Numbered from the stretch's first letter, positions 23,513-32,000 are shown. The stretch is 32,000 bases of DNA from Cupriavidus necator (GCF_016127575.1 NZ_CP066019.1:1770001-1802000), one strand, 5' to 3'. A program made the numbers and translations. The notes: generated from the sequence alone by a model not told the origin.

Positions 23513-24391
23513 ATGCGTGTCGCATTTCTCGGACTGGGCGTCATGGGTTTCCACATGGCCGGCCACCTCGCCACCAAGGGGCACGAGGTCACCGTGTACA
23601 ACCGCACCGCCGCCAAGGCGCAGGCCTGGGTCGGGAAGTTCGGCGGCAAAGCGGCTCCCACGCCGGCACAGGCCGTGCGCGATGCGCAGGTGGTCTGCTC
23701 CTGCGTGGGCAATGACGACGACCTGCGCGCGGTGCTGACCGGGCATGACGGCGCCTTCTTCAGCGCGCCCAGCGGCTGCATTTTCGTGGACCACACCACC
23801 GCCAGCGCCAACGTGGCGCGCGAACTCCACGCCGCCGCGCGCGAGCACGGCCTGCACTTTGTCGACGGCCCGGTCTCCGGCGGCGAAGTCGGCGCGGAGA
23901 AAGGCATCCTGACCATCATGTGCGGCGGCGATGCCGACGCCTATGCGCGCGCCGAACCGGTCATTGCCGCCTACGCACGCGCCGTCACGCGCATCGGCGA
24001 ATCCGGCGCCGGGCAACTGGCCAAGATGGTCAACCAGATCAGCATCGCCGGGCTGATCCAGGGCCTGTCCGAGGCCATCGCCTTTGGCGAGCGCGCCGGG
24101 CTGGACATGCGCCTAGTGCTGGACGTCATCAGCAAGGGCGCGGCCGGCTCATGGCAGCTCGAGAACCGCGGCCCCACCATGATCGACAACAAGTTCGACT
24201 TCGGCTTCGCGGTGGACTGGATGCGCAAGGACCTGGGCCTGTGCCTGGACGAGGCGCGCCGCAACGGCGCCGGCCTGCCGGTGACGGCGCTGGTCGACCA
24301 GTTCTATGCCGACCTGCAGCAGATGGGCTGCGGCCGCGCCGACACTTCTTCGCTGATCAAGCGCCTGCGCCAGCACGCCGGCGTCGCCTGA
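23513..24391 (+). CDS. NAD(P)-dependent beta-hydroxyacid dehydrogenase (3-hydroxyisobutyrate / tartronate semialdehyde reductase family)
   Basis: 292 aa from the ATG at 23513, with GGAG upstream. It starts MRVAFLGLGVMGFHMAGHL (GxGxxG). Family blocks are FVDHTT, DGPVSGGEVGAEKGILTIMCGG, GAGQLAKMVNQ and KDLGL. Confidence 0.9.
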   Translation: MRVAFLGLGVMGFHMAGHLATKGHEVTVYNRTAAKAQAWVGKFGGKAAPTPAQAVRDAQVVCSCVGNDDDLRAVLTGHDGAFFSAPSGCIFVDHTTASANVARELHAAAREHGLHFVDGPVSGGEVGAEKGILTIMCGGDADAYARAEPVIAAYARAVTRIGESGAGQLAKMVNQISIAGLIQGLSEAIAFGERAGLDMRLVLDVISKGAAGSWQLENRGPTMIDNKFDFGFAVDWMRKDLGLCLDEARRNGAGLPVTALVDQFYADLQQMGCGRADTSSLIKRLRQHAGVA

Positions 24392-24534
24392 CGCCACCGC
24401 TGCGCCACCTGCGTCGTCCGATTCCTACAGCGCAATCGGCGTGTCTCGGAGAGGCCCCTGCCCGGCATGGGCCTAAGCTGGACACATGGGGCCGGTTGCC
24501 TGCAACTGGCCCGCCAACGATGCAGGAGACCATC

Positions 24535-24711
24535 ATGTGGAAACTCGCAGGTGCACTACTGGTAAGCGCAAGCATGGCGCTGGCCGGCTGTACGGCGGCG
24601 GGCGCGGTGGCCGGCGGCGTGGCCGGACACGAGCTGACTGACGGCAGCGCCGCCGGGACCATCGGCGGTGCCGTGGTGGGCGGCGTGATTGGTCACGAAC
24701 TGGGCAAGTAA
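24535..24711 (+). CDS. small glycine-zipper lipoprotein (OsmB/YMGG-like)
   Basis: 58 aa from the ATG at 24535, with AGGAGA at 24523-24528. Lipobox LAGC. The mature peptide is Gly/Ala/Val-rich with a duplicated GHEL motif (GGVAGHELTDG...GGVIGHELGK). Confidence 0.75.
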   Translation: MWKLAGALLVSASMALAGCTAAGAVAGGVAGHELTDGSAAGTIGGAVVGGVIGHELGK

Positions 24712-24738
24712 GCAAACCCTGGCCCCTGGGCCCAACAA

Positions 24739-24776
24739 GCAGAAAGGCCGCTTCGCGCGGCCTTTCTGCTTCTTTT
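24739..24776. terminator. bidirectional rho-independent terminator
   Basis: Perfect 13-bp stem GCAGAAAGGCCGC (24739-24751) / GCGGCCTTTCTGC (24757-24769) with loop TTCGC, then TTCTTTTG. It lies between convergent stops at 24711 (+) and 24783 (-). Confidence 0.85.
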
Positions 24777-24782
24777 GCGGGT

Positions 24783-25637
24783 TCAGGCTTTCGGCCGGCA
24801 CGACGCGTCGCCGGCCGCCCGCCGCAGCCGCTGCCACACCAGGACAGGCAGCCGCAGCATGAAGCCGGCCAGCAGCCGCAGGTGCATGCCGGTCAGCAGC
24901 AGGTTGTCGTGCAGATAGCGGAAGTGCGACACCCCACCCTCGCGCTGGCCGAAGTAGCGCACCGGGGCGTCGGCATTGATGGGGCGCACGCCGCGCCAGC
25001 ACAGCCGCACCGCCACTTCCGGGTCGAAGTCGAAGCGACGCATCCAGCGGCTCTCGCGCATGACGGCGCGCAGCGGCGCGATCGGGTAGACGCGAAAGCC
25101 GTACAGGGAATCCCCGATGCCCGCCCATAGCGTCTCGACATCCGCCCAGAAGTTGGACATGCGCCGCCAGTAGACCCGCTCGCGCGGCGCGCTGGCGTCG
25201 AAGACGGGCCGGCCCAGCACCATGGCGCCCGGGTTGCGCTGTGATATCGCCATGAATTGCGCAATCAGGTGCGCGGGGTGCTGCCCGTCCGAATCCATCA
25301 CCAGCACATGCGTGAAACCGGCCGCGGCGGCGGAATCGATGCCATGCAGCACCGCGGTGCCCTTGCCCTGGTTGTGCGGCAGCACCAGGACGCGCAGCCC
25401 GGGATCGATGGCTGCCTGCGCCAGCAGCCACTGGTCGCTGCCATCGGTGCTGCCGTCCACGACCACCCAGACCGGTGTCCAGGCGGCGCGCGCCGCGCGC
25501 AGCACCTCATGCAGGCGCACGCCGGGGTTATAGCTGGGGATCAGCACCAGGTGCGTGGCGGACGGCTCGGCGTCACCCATCGGGCAGGCGCTGCCGCCGG
25601 CTACCAGTGCGGGCCCGGGCATGGCTTGCTGCGGCAT
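24783..25637 (-). CDS. family 2 glycosyltransferase (aryl-polyene-cluster-type GT)
   Basis: 284 aa from the ATG at 25635-25637. GT2 motifs are LVLIPSYNPG, VVVDGSTDGS, NQGKG and VMDSDGQH. It lies downstream of the ACP gene on the same strand. Confidence 0.85.
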   Translation of the reverse strand: MPQQAMPGPALVAGGSACPMGDAEPSATHLVLIPSYNPGVRLHEVLRAARAAWTPVWVVVDGSTDGSDQWLLAQAAIDPGLRVLVLPHNQGKGTAVLHGIDSAAAAGFTHVLVMDSDGQHPAHLIAQFMAISQRNPGAMVLGRPVFDASAPRERVYWRRMSNFWADVETLWAGIGDSLYGFRVYPIAPLRAVMRESRWMRRFDFDPEVAVRLCWRGVRPINADAPVRYFGQREGGVSHFRYLHDNLLLTGMHLRLLAGFMLRLPVLVWQRLRRAAGDASCRPKA

Positions 25638-25692
25638 GTCGTGCTCCGGTCCTGGCTTTGGAAAGGGGGGAAGGTTGGGTGCGGCTGCCGAA

Positions 25693-25953
25693 CTAGCGCG
25701 TACGGTGTTCCGCCAGATAGTTGGCCAGGCTGCCCAGCGAGGCGAAGATGGTCTTGTTGTCGGGGTTGTCCGAACGCAGTTCGACCCCGTACTTGCGCGA
25801 CACCAGCAGTGCGATCTCGAGGATATCGATGGAATCCAGCCCGAAGCCTTCGCCATAGAGCGGCGTGGCGGCGCTGATGTCCTCCAGCCGTAGCTCGGCA
25901 ATTTCGAGTTCGTCGATGATCAGGCGGGCAAGTTCGGTTTCGAGTTCGGTCAT
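25693..25953 (-). CDS. acyl carrier protein
   Basis: 86 aa: MTELETELARLIIDELEIAELRLEDISAATPLYGEGFGLDSIDILEIALLV..., with the phosphopantetheine Ser in GLDSIDILE. It is the C-terminal part of the spurious 402-aa track ORF 25693..26901. Confidence 0.88.
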   Translation of the reverse strand: MTELETELARLIIDELEIAELRLEDISAATPLYGEGFGLDSIDILEIALLVSRKYGVELRSDNPDNKTIFASLGSLANYLAEHRTR

Positions 25954-26220
25954 GTCGCTAGGTGGCTGGAATGCCGCTGCGGCATGGGTCCGGGCAAGGT
26001 TGTCCAGGCCGCATGGCAGGGCAACCGATGCTATCAAAAGGGGCAAATCCCAGCCAGTTGAGAGAAGTTTAGTAACAACAAAGGCAGGCCTTTTGGGAAT
26101 CATCACCACGTCGGGCCGGTCTTTTGGGGTATAAAGCGTTCGCTTCGCGCACCACGCGGCGCCATTTCCGGCAACGCCGTGCACCAAGCGACTTACGCTA
26201 CACACAATATACCCTCGCAG

Positions 26221-26955
26221 ATGCCATCGAGCCAGCAATTCGACCGCCCCTCCACGCCCGCCGCGCCAGCCACGCCTGTACGGCAGGATGCCGTGCCGGC
26301 AGGCCGGCGCCATGGCTGGATTGCAGCGGTGGCCGCCTTTGTCGCCTACGAATCCGCCCTGCACCATGCGGCACACCAGCCAGGTGCCGAAGTCGCCGCG
26401 CTGTGGCTCGGGGCGGCGCCGTTCCTGCTGATCGGCTTCCTTGCCTGCCTCCGCACTTGGGGGCGCCTGCCCGCAATGGCCGCCTTGCTGGCCGCCTGCG
26501 CCGCCCTGTGGATCTGGCGCATGCCGTTGGCCGCGCATTTCGGCTGGACCTATTTCCTGCAGCACGCCGGCATCAATGCCGCGCTGGGCGTGATGTTCGC
26601 GCTGAGCCTGCGTCCCGGCCGCACGCCACTGTGCACGCAGATCGCGACGGCAATCCATGGCCAGCTGCCCCCCGCGCACCTGCGCTACACGCTGCGCGTG
26701 ACCCAGGCCTGGACGCTGTTCTTTGCCGCGATGGTAGGTGTATCGACGCTGCTGTTCGTGCTCGCGCCGGTGGCGACCTGGTCCAGCTTCGCCAACCTGG
26801 CCACGCCGCTGCTGATCGCGCTGATGTTCGTGGGCGAAGCCGTGTGCCGCCGCGTTGCCTTCCCGGGCATGGCCCACGGCGGCCTGCTGGACGCGGTGCA
26901 TGGCTATCGCGCAGTCATGGCTGCCCGTGCGGACCGGCCCGGTTTGCCGCGCTGA
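26221..26955 (+). CDS. integral membrane protein of the lipid cluster, function unknown
   Basis: 244 aa from the ATG at 26221 (a GTG at 26179 is possible). It has about 5 hydrophobic helices (WIAAVAAFVAY, ALWLGAAPFLLIGFLACL, MAALLAACAALWIW, TLFFAAMVGVSTLLFVLAPV, LATPLLIALMFVG). It is the first gene of the plus-strand operon. Confidence 0.7.
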   Translation: MPSSQQFDRPSTPAAPATPVRQDAVPAGRRHGWIAAVAAFVAYESALHHAAHQPGAEVAALWLGAAPFLLIGFLACLRTWGRLPAMAALLAACAALWIWRMPLAAHFGWTYFLQHAGINAALGVMFALSLRPGRTPLCTQIATAIHGQLPPAHLRYTLRVTQAWTLFFAAMVGVSTLLFVLAPVATWSSFANLATPLLIALMFVGEAVCRRVAFPGMAHGGLLDAVHGYRAVMAARADRPGLPR

Positions 26956-27004
26956 CGCGCCGCAAACCGGCCCCTACACTGGCAACAGGCACAGGCTCAG
27001 CCCC

Positions 27005-28720
27005 ATGACCATGCTCCCGATCGTCGCGCATGCCTCGCCCGAAGACATCATCGCCTGGGCGCACGGACGGCCTGTCAGCGTGCGCCAGTTCCTGGCAGAT
27101 GCGTCCAGCCTGGCCGATGCGCTGCCCGCAGGCGGGCACGTATTCAACGCCTGCACCGACCGCTACCGCTTCACCGTCGGCCTGTGCGCCGCGCTGCTGG
27201 CGGGCAAGGCCACCCTGCTGCCGCCATCGCATACGCCGGAGATGGTGCGCCAGCTGGCCGACTTTGCCCCGGACGCCTTCTGCCTGCACGACCAGCCTGA
27301 CGCGGCATTCGCCATGCCGGCGTTCCACTATCACGACGGCCTGCGCGGCGCGGCCACGGACGGGCCGGTCGAGATCCCGCGGATTGCCGCGACCCAGGTC
27401 ATGGCGTACGTGTTCACGTCAGGCTCGACCGGCACGCCGGTGCCGCACCGCAAGACCTGGGGCGCGATGGCCCGGTGCGCGCAGGCCGCGGCACAGCGGC
27501 TCGGCCTGCTGGACGGGCGTGCCTGGACCGTGGTGGGCACGGTGCCGCCGCAGCATATGTTCGGGCTGGAGGCCACGGTCATGCTGGTGCTGCAGGGCCG
27601 CGCGGCCCTGGTGTCGGCCCCGGCCTTCTATCCTGCCGACGTGCACGATGCCCTCGCCTCGGTGCCGGCCTCGCGTGCGCTGGTCAGCTCGCCCGTGCAC
27701 CTGCGCACGCTGGTGCAGTCGGGCATGGCAATGCCGCCGGCAGACCTGGTGCTGTGCGCGACCGCCCCGCTTGGCCGCCAGCTGGCGGGCGAGACCGAGA
27801 CCCTGTTCGGCGCTCCGCTGTGCGAGATCTACGGTAGCACCGAGACCGGCCAGATCGCCACGCGCCGCACCGCGCAGGCTGATGCCTGGACACTGGTGCC
27901 GGGCGTGCGGCTGCAGGCACGCCAGGGCGCCGGCGGCGCCGAGACCTGGGCCGAAGGCGGCCATATCGAGCAGCCGGTGCCGCTGGGCGACGCCATCGCG
28001 CCGCTGGATGCCGGCCACTTCCTGCTCCATGGCCGCAAGGCCGACATGCTGAATATCGCCGGCAAGCGCACCTCGCTGGCTTACCTGAACCACCAGCTCA
28101 CGGCCATCGACGGCGTGCGCGACGGCGCGTTCTTCATGCCCGATGATGCGCACGAAGGCGACACGCATGGCCACGTGGTGCGGCTGGTGGCCGTGGCAGT
28201 GGCGCCAGGCGTCGCCCCGGCGCAGCTGCAGCAGGCGCTGCGCGCGCGCATCGACCCGGCCTTCCTGCCACGCCCGCTGCTCTTTGCCGACAGCCTGCCG
28301 CGCAATGCGGCCGGCAAGCTGCCGCGCGAGGCCCTGGCGGCGCTGGTCGCAAGGCTTGCCGGGGCGCACCACGGCGATAGCGCGGCAAGGCCCGGCTTTG
28401 TCATCGACGCCGATCACCCGGCCATCGCCGGCCACTTTCCCGGCCATCCGATCGTGCCGGGGGTGGTACTGCTGGACCACGCGGTGCTGGCACTCGGCAT
28501 TGCAATGGGCCGCCGCCTTGCCGTCACCGAGGCCGGCACCATCAAGTTCCTGAGCCCGGTGACCCCGGGCGAGCGCGTTGAGATCCTCCACCAGGCCGAC
28601 GCAGCGGCCGATGGCGGCGTGAGTATCCGCTTCACGCTGCGCAGCGCCGGACGCGACGTCGCCAGCGGCACGCTGCAGGTGCGCGGTGCCGCGACGCACG
28701 CGGGGGCATCGGCATGCTGA
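27005..28720 (+). CDS. fusion protein: ANL-superfamily adenylating enzyme (acyl/aryl-AMP ligase) plus a C-terminal FabA/FabZ-like hotdog dehydratase
   Basis: 571 aa from the ATG at 27005. Adenylation cores are FTSGSTGTPVPHRKTW, EIYGSTETG, HGRKADMLNIAGKRTS and NAAGKLPR. From about residue 440 there is a hotdog motif, DADHPAIAGHFPGHPIVPGVVLLD. It overlaps the next gene by 7 nt. Confidence 0.85.
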   Translation: MTMLPIVAHASPEDIIAWAHGRPVSVRQFLADASSLADALPAGGHVFNACTDRYRFTVGLCAALLAGKATLLPPSHTPEMVRQLADFAPDAFCLHDQPDAAFAMPAFHYHDGLRGAATDGPVEIPRIAATQVMAYVFTSGSTGTPVPHRKTWGAMARCAQAAAQRLGLLDGRAWTVVGTVPPQHMFGLEATVMLVLQGRAALVSAPAFYPADVHDALASVPASRALVSSPVHLRTLVQSGMAMPPADLVLCATAPLGRQLAGETETLFGAPLCEIYGSTETGQIATRRTAQADAWTLVPGVRLQARQGAGGAETWAEGGHIEQPVPLGDAIAPLDAGHFLLHGRKADMLNIAGKRTSLAYLNHQLTAIDGVRDGAFFMPDDAHEGDTHGHVVRLVAVAVAPGVAPAQLQQALRARIDPAFLPRPLLFADSLPRNAAGKLPREALAALVARLAGAHHGDSAARPGFVIDADHPAIAGHFPGHPIVPGVVLLDHAVLALGIAMGRRLAVTEAGTIKFLSPVTPGERVEILHQADAAADGGVSIRFTLRSAGRDVASGTLQVRGAATHAGASAC

Positions 28721-29688
28721 GCTGGCTGTGGAGGCGGCAGCCGCCGCTGGAATCCGAATGGTCGCGCCGCCAGGAGCGCGGCAGCATCACGCTGCTGCGC
28801 GTCATGACGTGGATCTCGCTGGCACTCGGCCGCCCCGTCGGGCGCGTGGTGCTGCGGGGGATTGCGGCGTACTTCATGCTGTTCGCGCCGGCGGCACGCC
28901 ATGCCTCGCGCGCCTACATGGGCCGCGCCCTCGGGCGCGATGCCAACTGGATCGATGGCTACCGGCATGTGTTCACCTTCGCCTCGACCATCCATGACCG
29001 CATCTACCTGCTCAACGGCCGCTTCGACCTGTTCGATATCCGCCTGCACGGAGAGGAACAGCTGGAAGCCGCGATGGCGCGCGGCCGCGGCGCAATCCTG
29101 CTGGGTGCGCACCTGGGCAGCTTCGAGGTGGTGCGCGCGCTCGGGCGGCGGCACCCGGACATGGAAGTCGCGATCACCATGTACGAGGAAAACGCGCACA
29201 AGCTCAATGACGTGCTGACGTCGATCAACCCGGCGATGCGCCAGGACGTGATCGCGCTGGGCCGCTTCGACACCATGCTGCGGGTGCGCGACTACCTTGA
29301 CCGCGGCTACATGATCGGCATGCTGGCCGACCGCACGCTGTCGCAACGCGCCACCGACCCGGTGCAGCAGTGCAGCTTCCTCGGCACGCCGACCGGCCTT
29401 CCGACCGGCCCGCTACGCATGGCGGCGATGCTGCGCCGGCCGGTGTTCTTCATCACCGGCCTGTACCGCGGCGGCAACCGCTACGATGTGCACTTCGTGC
29501 CGCTGGCCGACTTCACCGAAACCGCACGCGGCCAGCGCGAGGCAGCCGTGCAAACCGCGCTGGCCGAATACGTGCGCCTGCTGGAACAATTCTGCCGCAG
29601 CGCCCCGTACAACTGGTTCAACTTCTACGATTTCTGGCACGCCGGCCCGCCGCTGTCTGAACAGCCGCCGCCGGGCAACGAGCCATGA
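28714..29688 (+). CDS. lysophospholipid/lipid A-type acyltransferase (LpxL/HtrB-like LPLAT)
   Basis: 324 aa with an N-terminal membrane anchor and an HX4(D/E) catalytic motif in GAHLGSFE. The length and layout match late acyltransferases. Confidence 0.8.
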   Translation: MLSWLWRRQPPLESEWSRRQERGSITLLRVMTWISLALGRPVGRVVLRGIAAYFMLFAPAARHASRAYMGRALGRDANWIDGYRHVFTFASTIHDRIYLLNGRFDLFDIRLHGEEQLEAAMARGRGAILLGAHLGSFEVVRALGRRHPDMEVAITMYEENAHKLNDVLTSINPAMRQDVIALGRFDTMLRVRDYLDRGYMIGMLADRTLSQRATDPVQQCSFLGTPTGLPTGPLRMAAMLRRPVFFITGLYRGGNRYDVHFVPLADFTETARGQREAAVQTALAEYVRLLEQFCRSAPYNWFNFYDFWHAGPPLSEQPPPGNEP

Positions 29689-29712
29689 CCCGCGAGCCCT
29701 GAGCAGCCCCTG

Positions 29713-30312
29713 ATGCCCCTTTCCAGACGCCCTTTCCGCTTCCTGCTGTCGATGCTGCTGGCCGGCGCCATGCTTGCGCTGGCCACGCCGTCCGGCGCCG
29801 CCACATTTGGCGTCGACCAGCTGATGTCCACCCTGGCGCAGCGCAAGTCTGGGCGCGTGCTGTTCACCGAGACCAAGTACCTGGCGATAGTCGACAAGCC
29901 GGTGCAGTCGTCCGGCGAGCTGCTGTTCACGGCGCCCGACCACCTGGAGAAGCGCACACTGTCGCCCAAGGCCGAGAACATGGTGCTCGACGGCGACATG
30001 CTGACGGTCGAGCGCGACGGCAAGCGCTACACCATGCCGCTGCAGAACTACCCCGAGCTGGCTGCCTTTATCGAAAGCATCCGCGGCACGCTGGCAGGCA
30101 ACCGCCAGACGCTTGAGCGCTACTACAAGCTCGGCCTGGAAGGCCGTGCCAGCCGCTGGACGCTGACACTGACTCCGGCGGACTCGCGCATGGCCGCGGT
30201 GGTCAGCCAGGTGCGCATCGACGGCAGCCAGGATGCGCTTGACCGCGTCGAGATCCGGCAGGCCGACGGCGACCGCTCGGTGATGAAGATCCGACCTGCC
30301 GGCCGCCCATGA
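29713..30312 (+). CDS. LolA-like outer-membrane lipoprotein carrier family protein
   Basis: 199 aa. Signal peptide ending ATPSGA-AT. The LolA-like pattern is FTETKYLAIVDKPVQSSGELLFTAPDHLEKRTLSPKAE..., and the genomic context matches. Confidence 0.8.
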   Translation: MPLSRRPFRFLLSMLLAGAMLALATPSGAATFGVDQLMSTLAQRKSGRVLFTETKYLAIVDKPVQSSGELLFTAPDHLEKRTLSPKAENMVLDGDMLTVERDGKRYTMPLQNYPELAAFIESIRGTLAGNRQTLERYYKLGLEGRASRWTLTLTPADSRMAAVVSQVRIDGSQDALDRVEIRQADGDRSVMKIRPAGRP

Positions 30313-32000
30313 GCGCAGCGCCGCCCGCAACGATGCGCCCAGCGATGCGCCGGCTCGCGCTGGCACTGTGGATCTTCGCCATGCTCGCCTGCGCGGCTGT
30401 GATCAGCCGCACCACCTTCACGGCCGACCTCTCGGCCTTCCTGCCGCGCCTGCCCAGCGCCGAGCAGCAATTGCTGGTGAACCAGCTGCGCGACGGGCTG
30501 GTATCGCGCCTGGTCCTGGTCGGGATCGAAGGCGGCGATGCCGATGGCCGCGCCGCGGTGTCGCGTGCCATGGCGGCACAGCTGCGCGGCGACCCCCGCT
30601 TCACGGCGATCCAGAACGGCGAGCCGGTCAACCAGGATGCAGACCGCCAATACGTGTTTGCGCACCGCTACCTGCTCAGCCCCGCGGTCACGCCCGAGCG
30701 CTTCAGTGAACGCGGCCTGGCGCAGGCGCTGAATGAATCGTTCGAGCTGCTGGCCTCGTCCGCCGGGCTCTTCACCAAGTCGCTGCTGCCGCGCGATCCC
30801 ACCGGCGAAGTGGCCGCGATGCTGGCACAGCTGGATGCCGGGCAGCGCGTGCCCATGCACGCCGGCGCCTGGGCGTCGCGCGACGGCAAGCGCGCGGTGC
30901 TGCTGGCGCAGACCGCCGCCGCGGGGTCTGACACGGATGCGCAGGCACAAGCCATCGGGGCCGTGCGCGAGGCGTTTGCCAAGGCTGCGATCGCTGGCAA
31001 GTACCAGCTGGCGATGACCGGGCCGGGCGTGTTCTCCGTCAATGCACGCGACACCATCCGCCATGATGTGGAGCGCCTGTCGACCATCGGCGTGGCCATC
31101 ATCGTCACGCTGCTGCTGCTGGTCTACCGCTCGGTGCCGCTGCTGGTGCTGGGGCTGGTGCCGGTACTGAGCGGCGCGCTGGCGGGCATTGCCGCGGTCA
31201 GCCTGGGCTTCGGCGGCTCGGTGCACGGACTGACGCTGGGCTTCGGCACCACGCTGATCGGCGAGGCGGTCGACTATTCGATCTACCTGTTCGTGCAGTC
31301 CGCGCAGTACACGCGCGACGGCCGGCGCGACGAGCGCGCCTGGCTGGGCGGCTTCTGGCCGACGGTGCGCCTGGGCGTGCTGACCTCGGTCTGCGGCTTT
31401 GCCTCGCTGCTGCTGTCGGGCTTTCCGGGGCTGGCGCAGCTGGGGCTGTATTCGATTGCCGGGCTGGCGACCGCGGCGCTGGTGACGCGCTTCGTGCTGC
31501 CGCAGTTGGTGCCGGCCACGCTGCACCTGCGCGACGTGGCGCCGCTGGGCCGCCGGCTGCAGTGGCTGGCGGCGCGCGCGCACCGGCTGCGCTGGCTGGT
31601 GCTCGTGCTGGTGGTGGCAGCCGCCACGGTGCTGGCCATGCACCGCGGCACGCTGTGGGGCCGCGAGCTGCAGGCGCTGAGCCCGGTGTCGGCCAGCGAC
31701 CAGGCCCTCGATACCAGGTTGCGCGAGGATCTTGGCGCGCCCGACGTGCGCTACCTGGTGGTGCTGTCCGGGCCGGACCAGGAATCCGTGCTGCAGGGCG
31801 CGGAGCGCGTGGCCCGTGAACTGGACCCGCTGGTGGCACAGAATTTCATCGGCGGCTACGAGAGCCCGGCGCGCTACCTGCCCAGCGCGGCGACCCAGCG
31901 CGAGCGCCAGGCCAGCCTGCCGCCGCCCGACGAGCTGGCGCAGCGCCTGGGCGCCGCCATCGCCACGCAGCCGGTGCGCGCGTCACTGTTCGCGCCTTTC
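30309..32000 (+). CDS. MMPL/RND-superfamily membrane transporter (partial, continues past the right edge)
   Basis: This frame stays open from the ATG at 30309 to the window end (564 codons), so it is not in the ORF track. Its ATG overlaps the LolA-like stop (ATGA). It has an N-terminal TM helix, a ~230-aa periplasmic loop, then an MMPL-type TM bundle (STIGVAIIVTLLLLVYRS, GLVPVLSGALAGIAAVSLGF, GFGTTLIGEAVDYSIYLF, GVLTSVCGFASLLLSGFPGLAQLGLYSIAGL). Confidence 0.85.
   Translation, partial: MSAAPPATMRPAMRRLALALWIFAMLACAAVISRTTFTADLSAFLPRLPSAEQQLLVNQLRDGLVSRLVLVGIEGGDADGRAAVSRAMAAQLRGDPRFTAIQNGEPVNQDADRQYVFAHRYLLSPAVTPERFSERGLAQALNESFELLASSAGLFTKSLLPRDPTGEVAAMLAQLDAGQRVPMHAGAWASRDGKRAVLLAQTAAAGSDTDAQAQAIGAVREAFAKAAIAGKYQLAMTGPGVFSVNARDTIRHDVERLSTIGVAIIVTLLLLVYRSVPLLVLGLVPVLSGALAGIAAVSLGFGGSVHGLTLGFGTTLIGEAVDYSIYLFVQSAQYTRDGRRDERAWLGGFWPTVRLGVLTSVCGFASLLLSGFPGLAQLGLYSIAGLATAALVTRFVLPQLVPATLHLRDVAPLGRRLQWLAARAHRLRWLVLVLVVAAATVLAMHRGTLWGRELQALSPVSASDQALDTRLREDLGAPDVRYLVVLSGPDQESVLQGAERVARELDPLVAQNFIGGYESPARYLPSAATQRERQASLPPPDELAQRLGAAIATQPVRASLFAPF

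Noticed and set aside
26014-26031. A sigma54-like TGGCAG...GC element in the ACP/membrane-protein divergent region.
   Set aside because: The spacing and the -12 element do not fit TGGCAC-N5-TTGC, and no enhancer-binding protein gene is nearby.
25954-26901. A 402-aa minus-strand ORF (25693..26901) that would fuse the ACP to a long N-terminal region.
   Set aside because: Only the last 86 aa look like a protein (the ACP). The remainder is Arg/Gly/Gln-rich shadow of the plus-strand membrane protein gene. It also crosses the low-GC divergent promoter region.
1-32000. A window-wide look for CRISPR arrays, tRNA/rRNA genes, IS elements, integrases, phage genes and classical defence genes (restriction, Cas, abortive infection, etc.).
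   Set aside because: I found no regularly spaced direct repeats, no structural RNA signatures, no transposase or integrase-like ORFs and no terminal inverted repeats. The only stress or persistence module is hipBA.

Overview
High-GC (~66-67%) betaproteobacterial chromosome segment; the proteins look Cupriavidus/Ralstonia-like. It is densely coding, and I found no rRNA, tRNA, CRISPR array, transposase or integrase. Content from left to right:
(1) a lipoprotein, an orphan amino-acid-binding protein, a small secreted tandem-repeat protein and an unknown secreted protein;
(2) a complete L-Ara4N lipid A modification (arn) operon with arnA split into two genes (arnT, arnE/F-like, arnB, arnC, arnA-FT, arnA-DH, arnD);
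(3) a co-oriented metal block on the minus strand: a CusRS/CzcRS-type two-component system, a VOC/PhnB-like protein, and a Cd/Zn/Pb P1B-ATPase. The ATPase is driven by a textbook MerR-type 19-bp-spacer promoter, but no merR-family gene is in the window;
(4) a secreted Cys/His protein, an H-NS-like silencer, and a second small secreted repeat protein preceded by a CusR-box-like dyad;
(5) a BKACE / 3-hydroxyacyl-CoA dehydrogenase operon with a divergent LysR regulator;
(6) a hipBA toxin-antitoxin module with a clear promoter and operator array;
(7) a beta-hydroxyacid dehydrogenase and a glycine-zipper lipoprotein;
(8) the tailoring and export half of an aryl-polyene/xanthomonadin-type specialised lipid cluster: ACP, GT2, membrane protein, fused adenylase-dehydratase, LPLAT acyltransferase, LolA-like protein and MMPL exporter. 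This cluster runs off the right edge.
The items most worth follow-up are the lipid cluster with its fused enzyme, the two paralogous secreted repeat peptides that may be wired to the metal two-component system, and the regulator-less MerR-type promoter. All family assignments come from reading motifs in the translations; no database search was possible.
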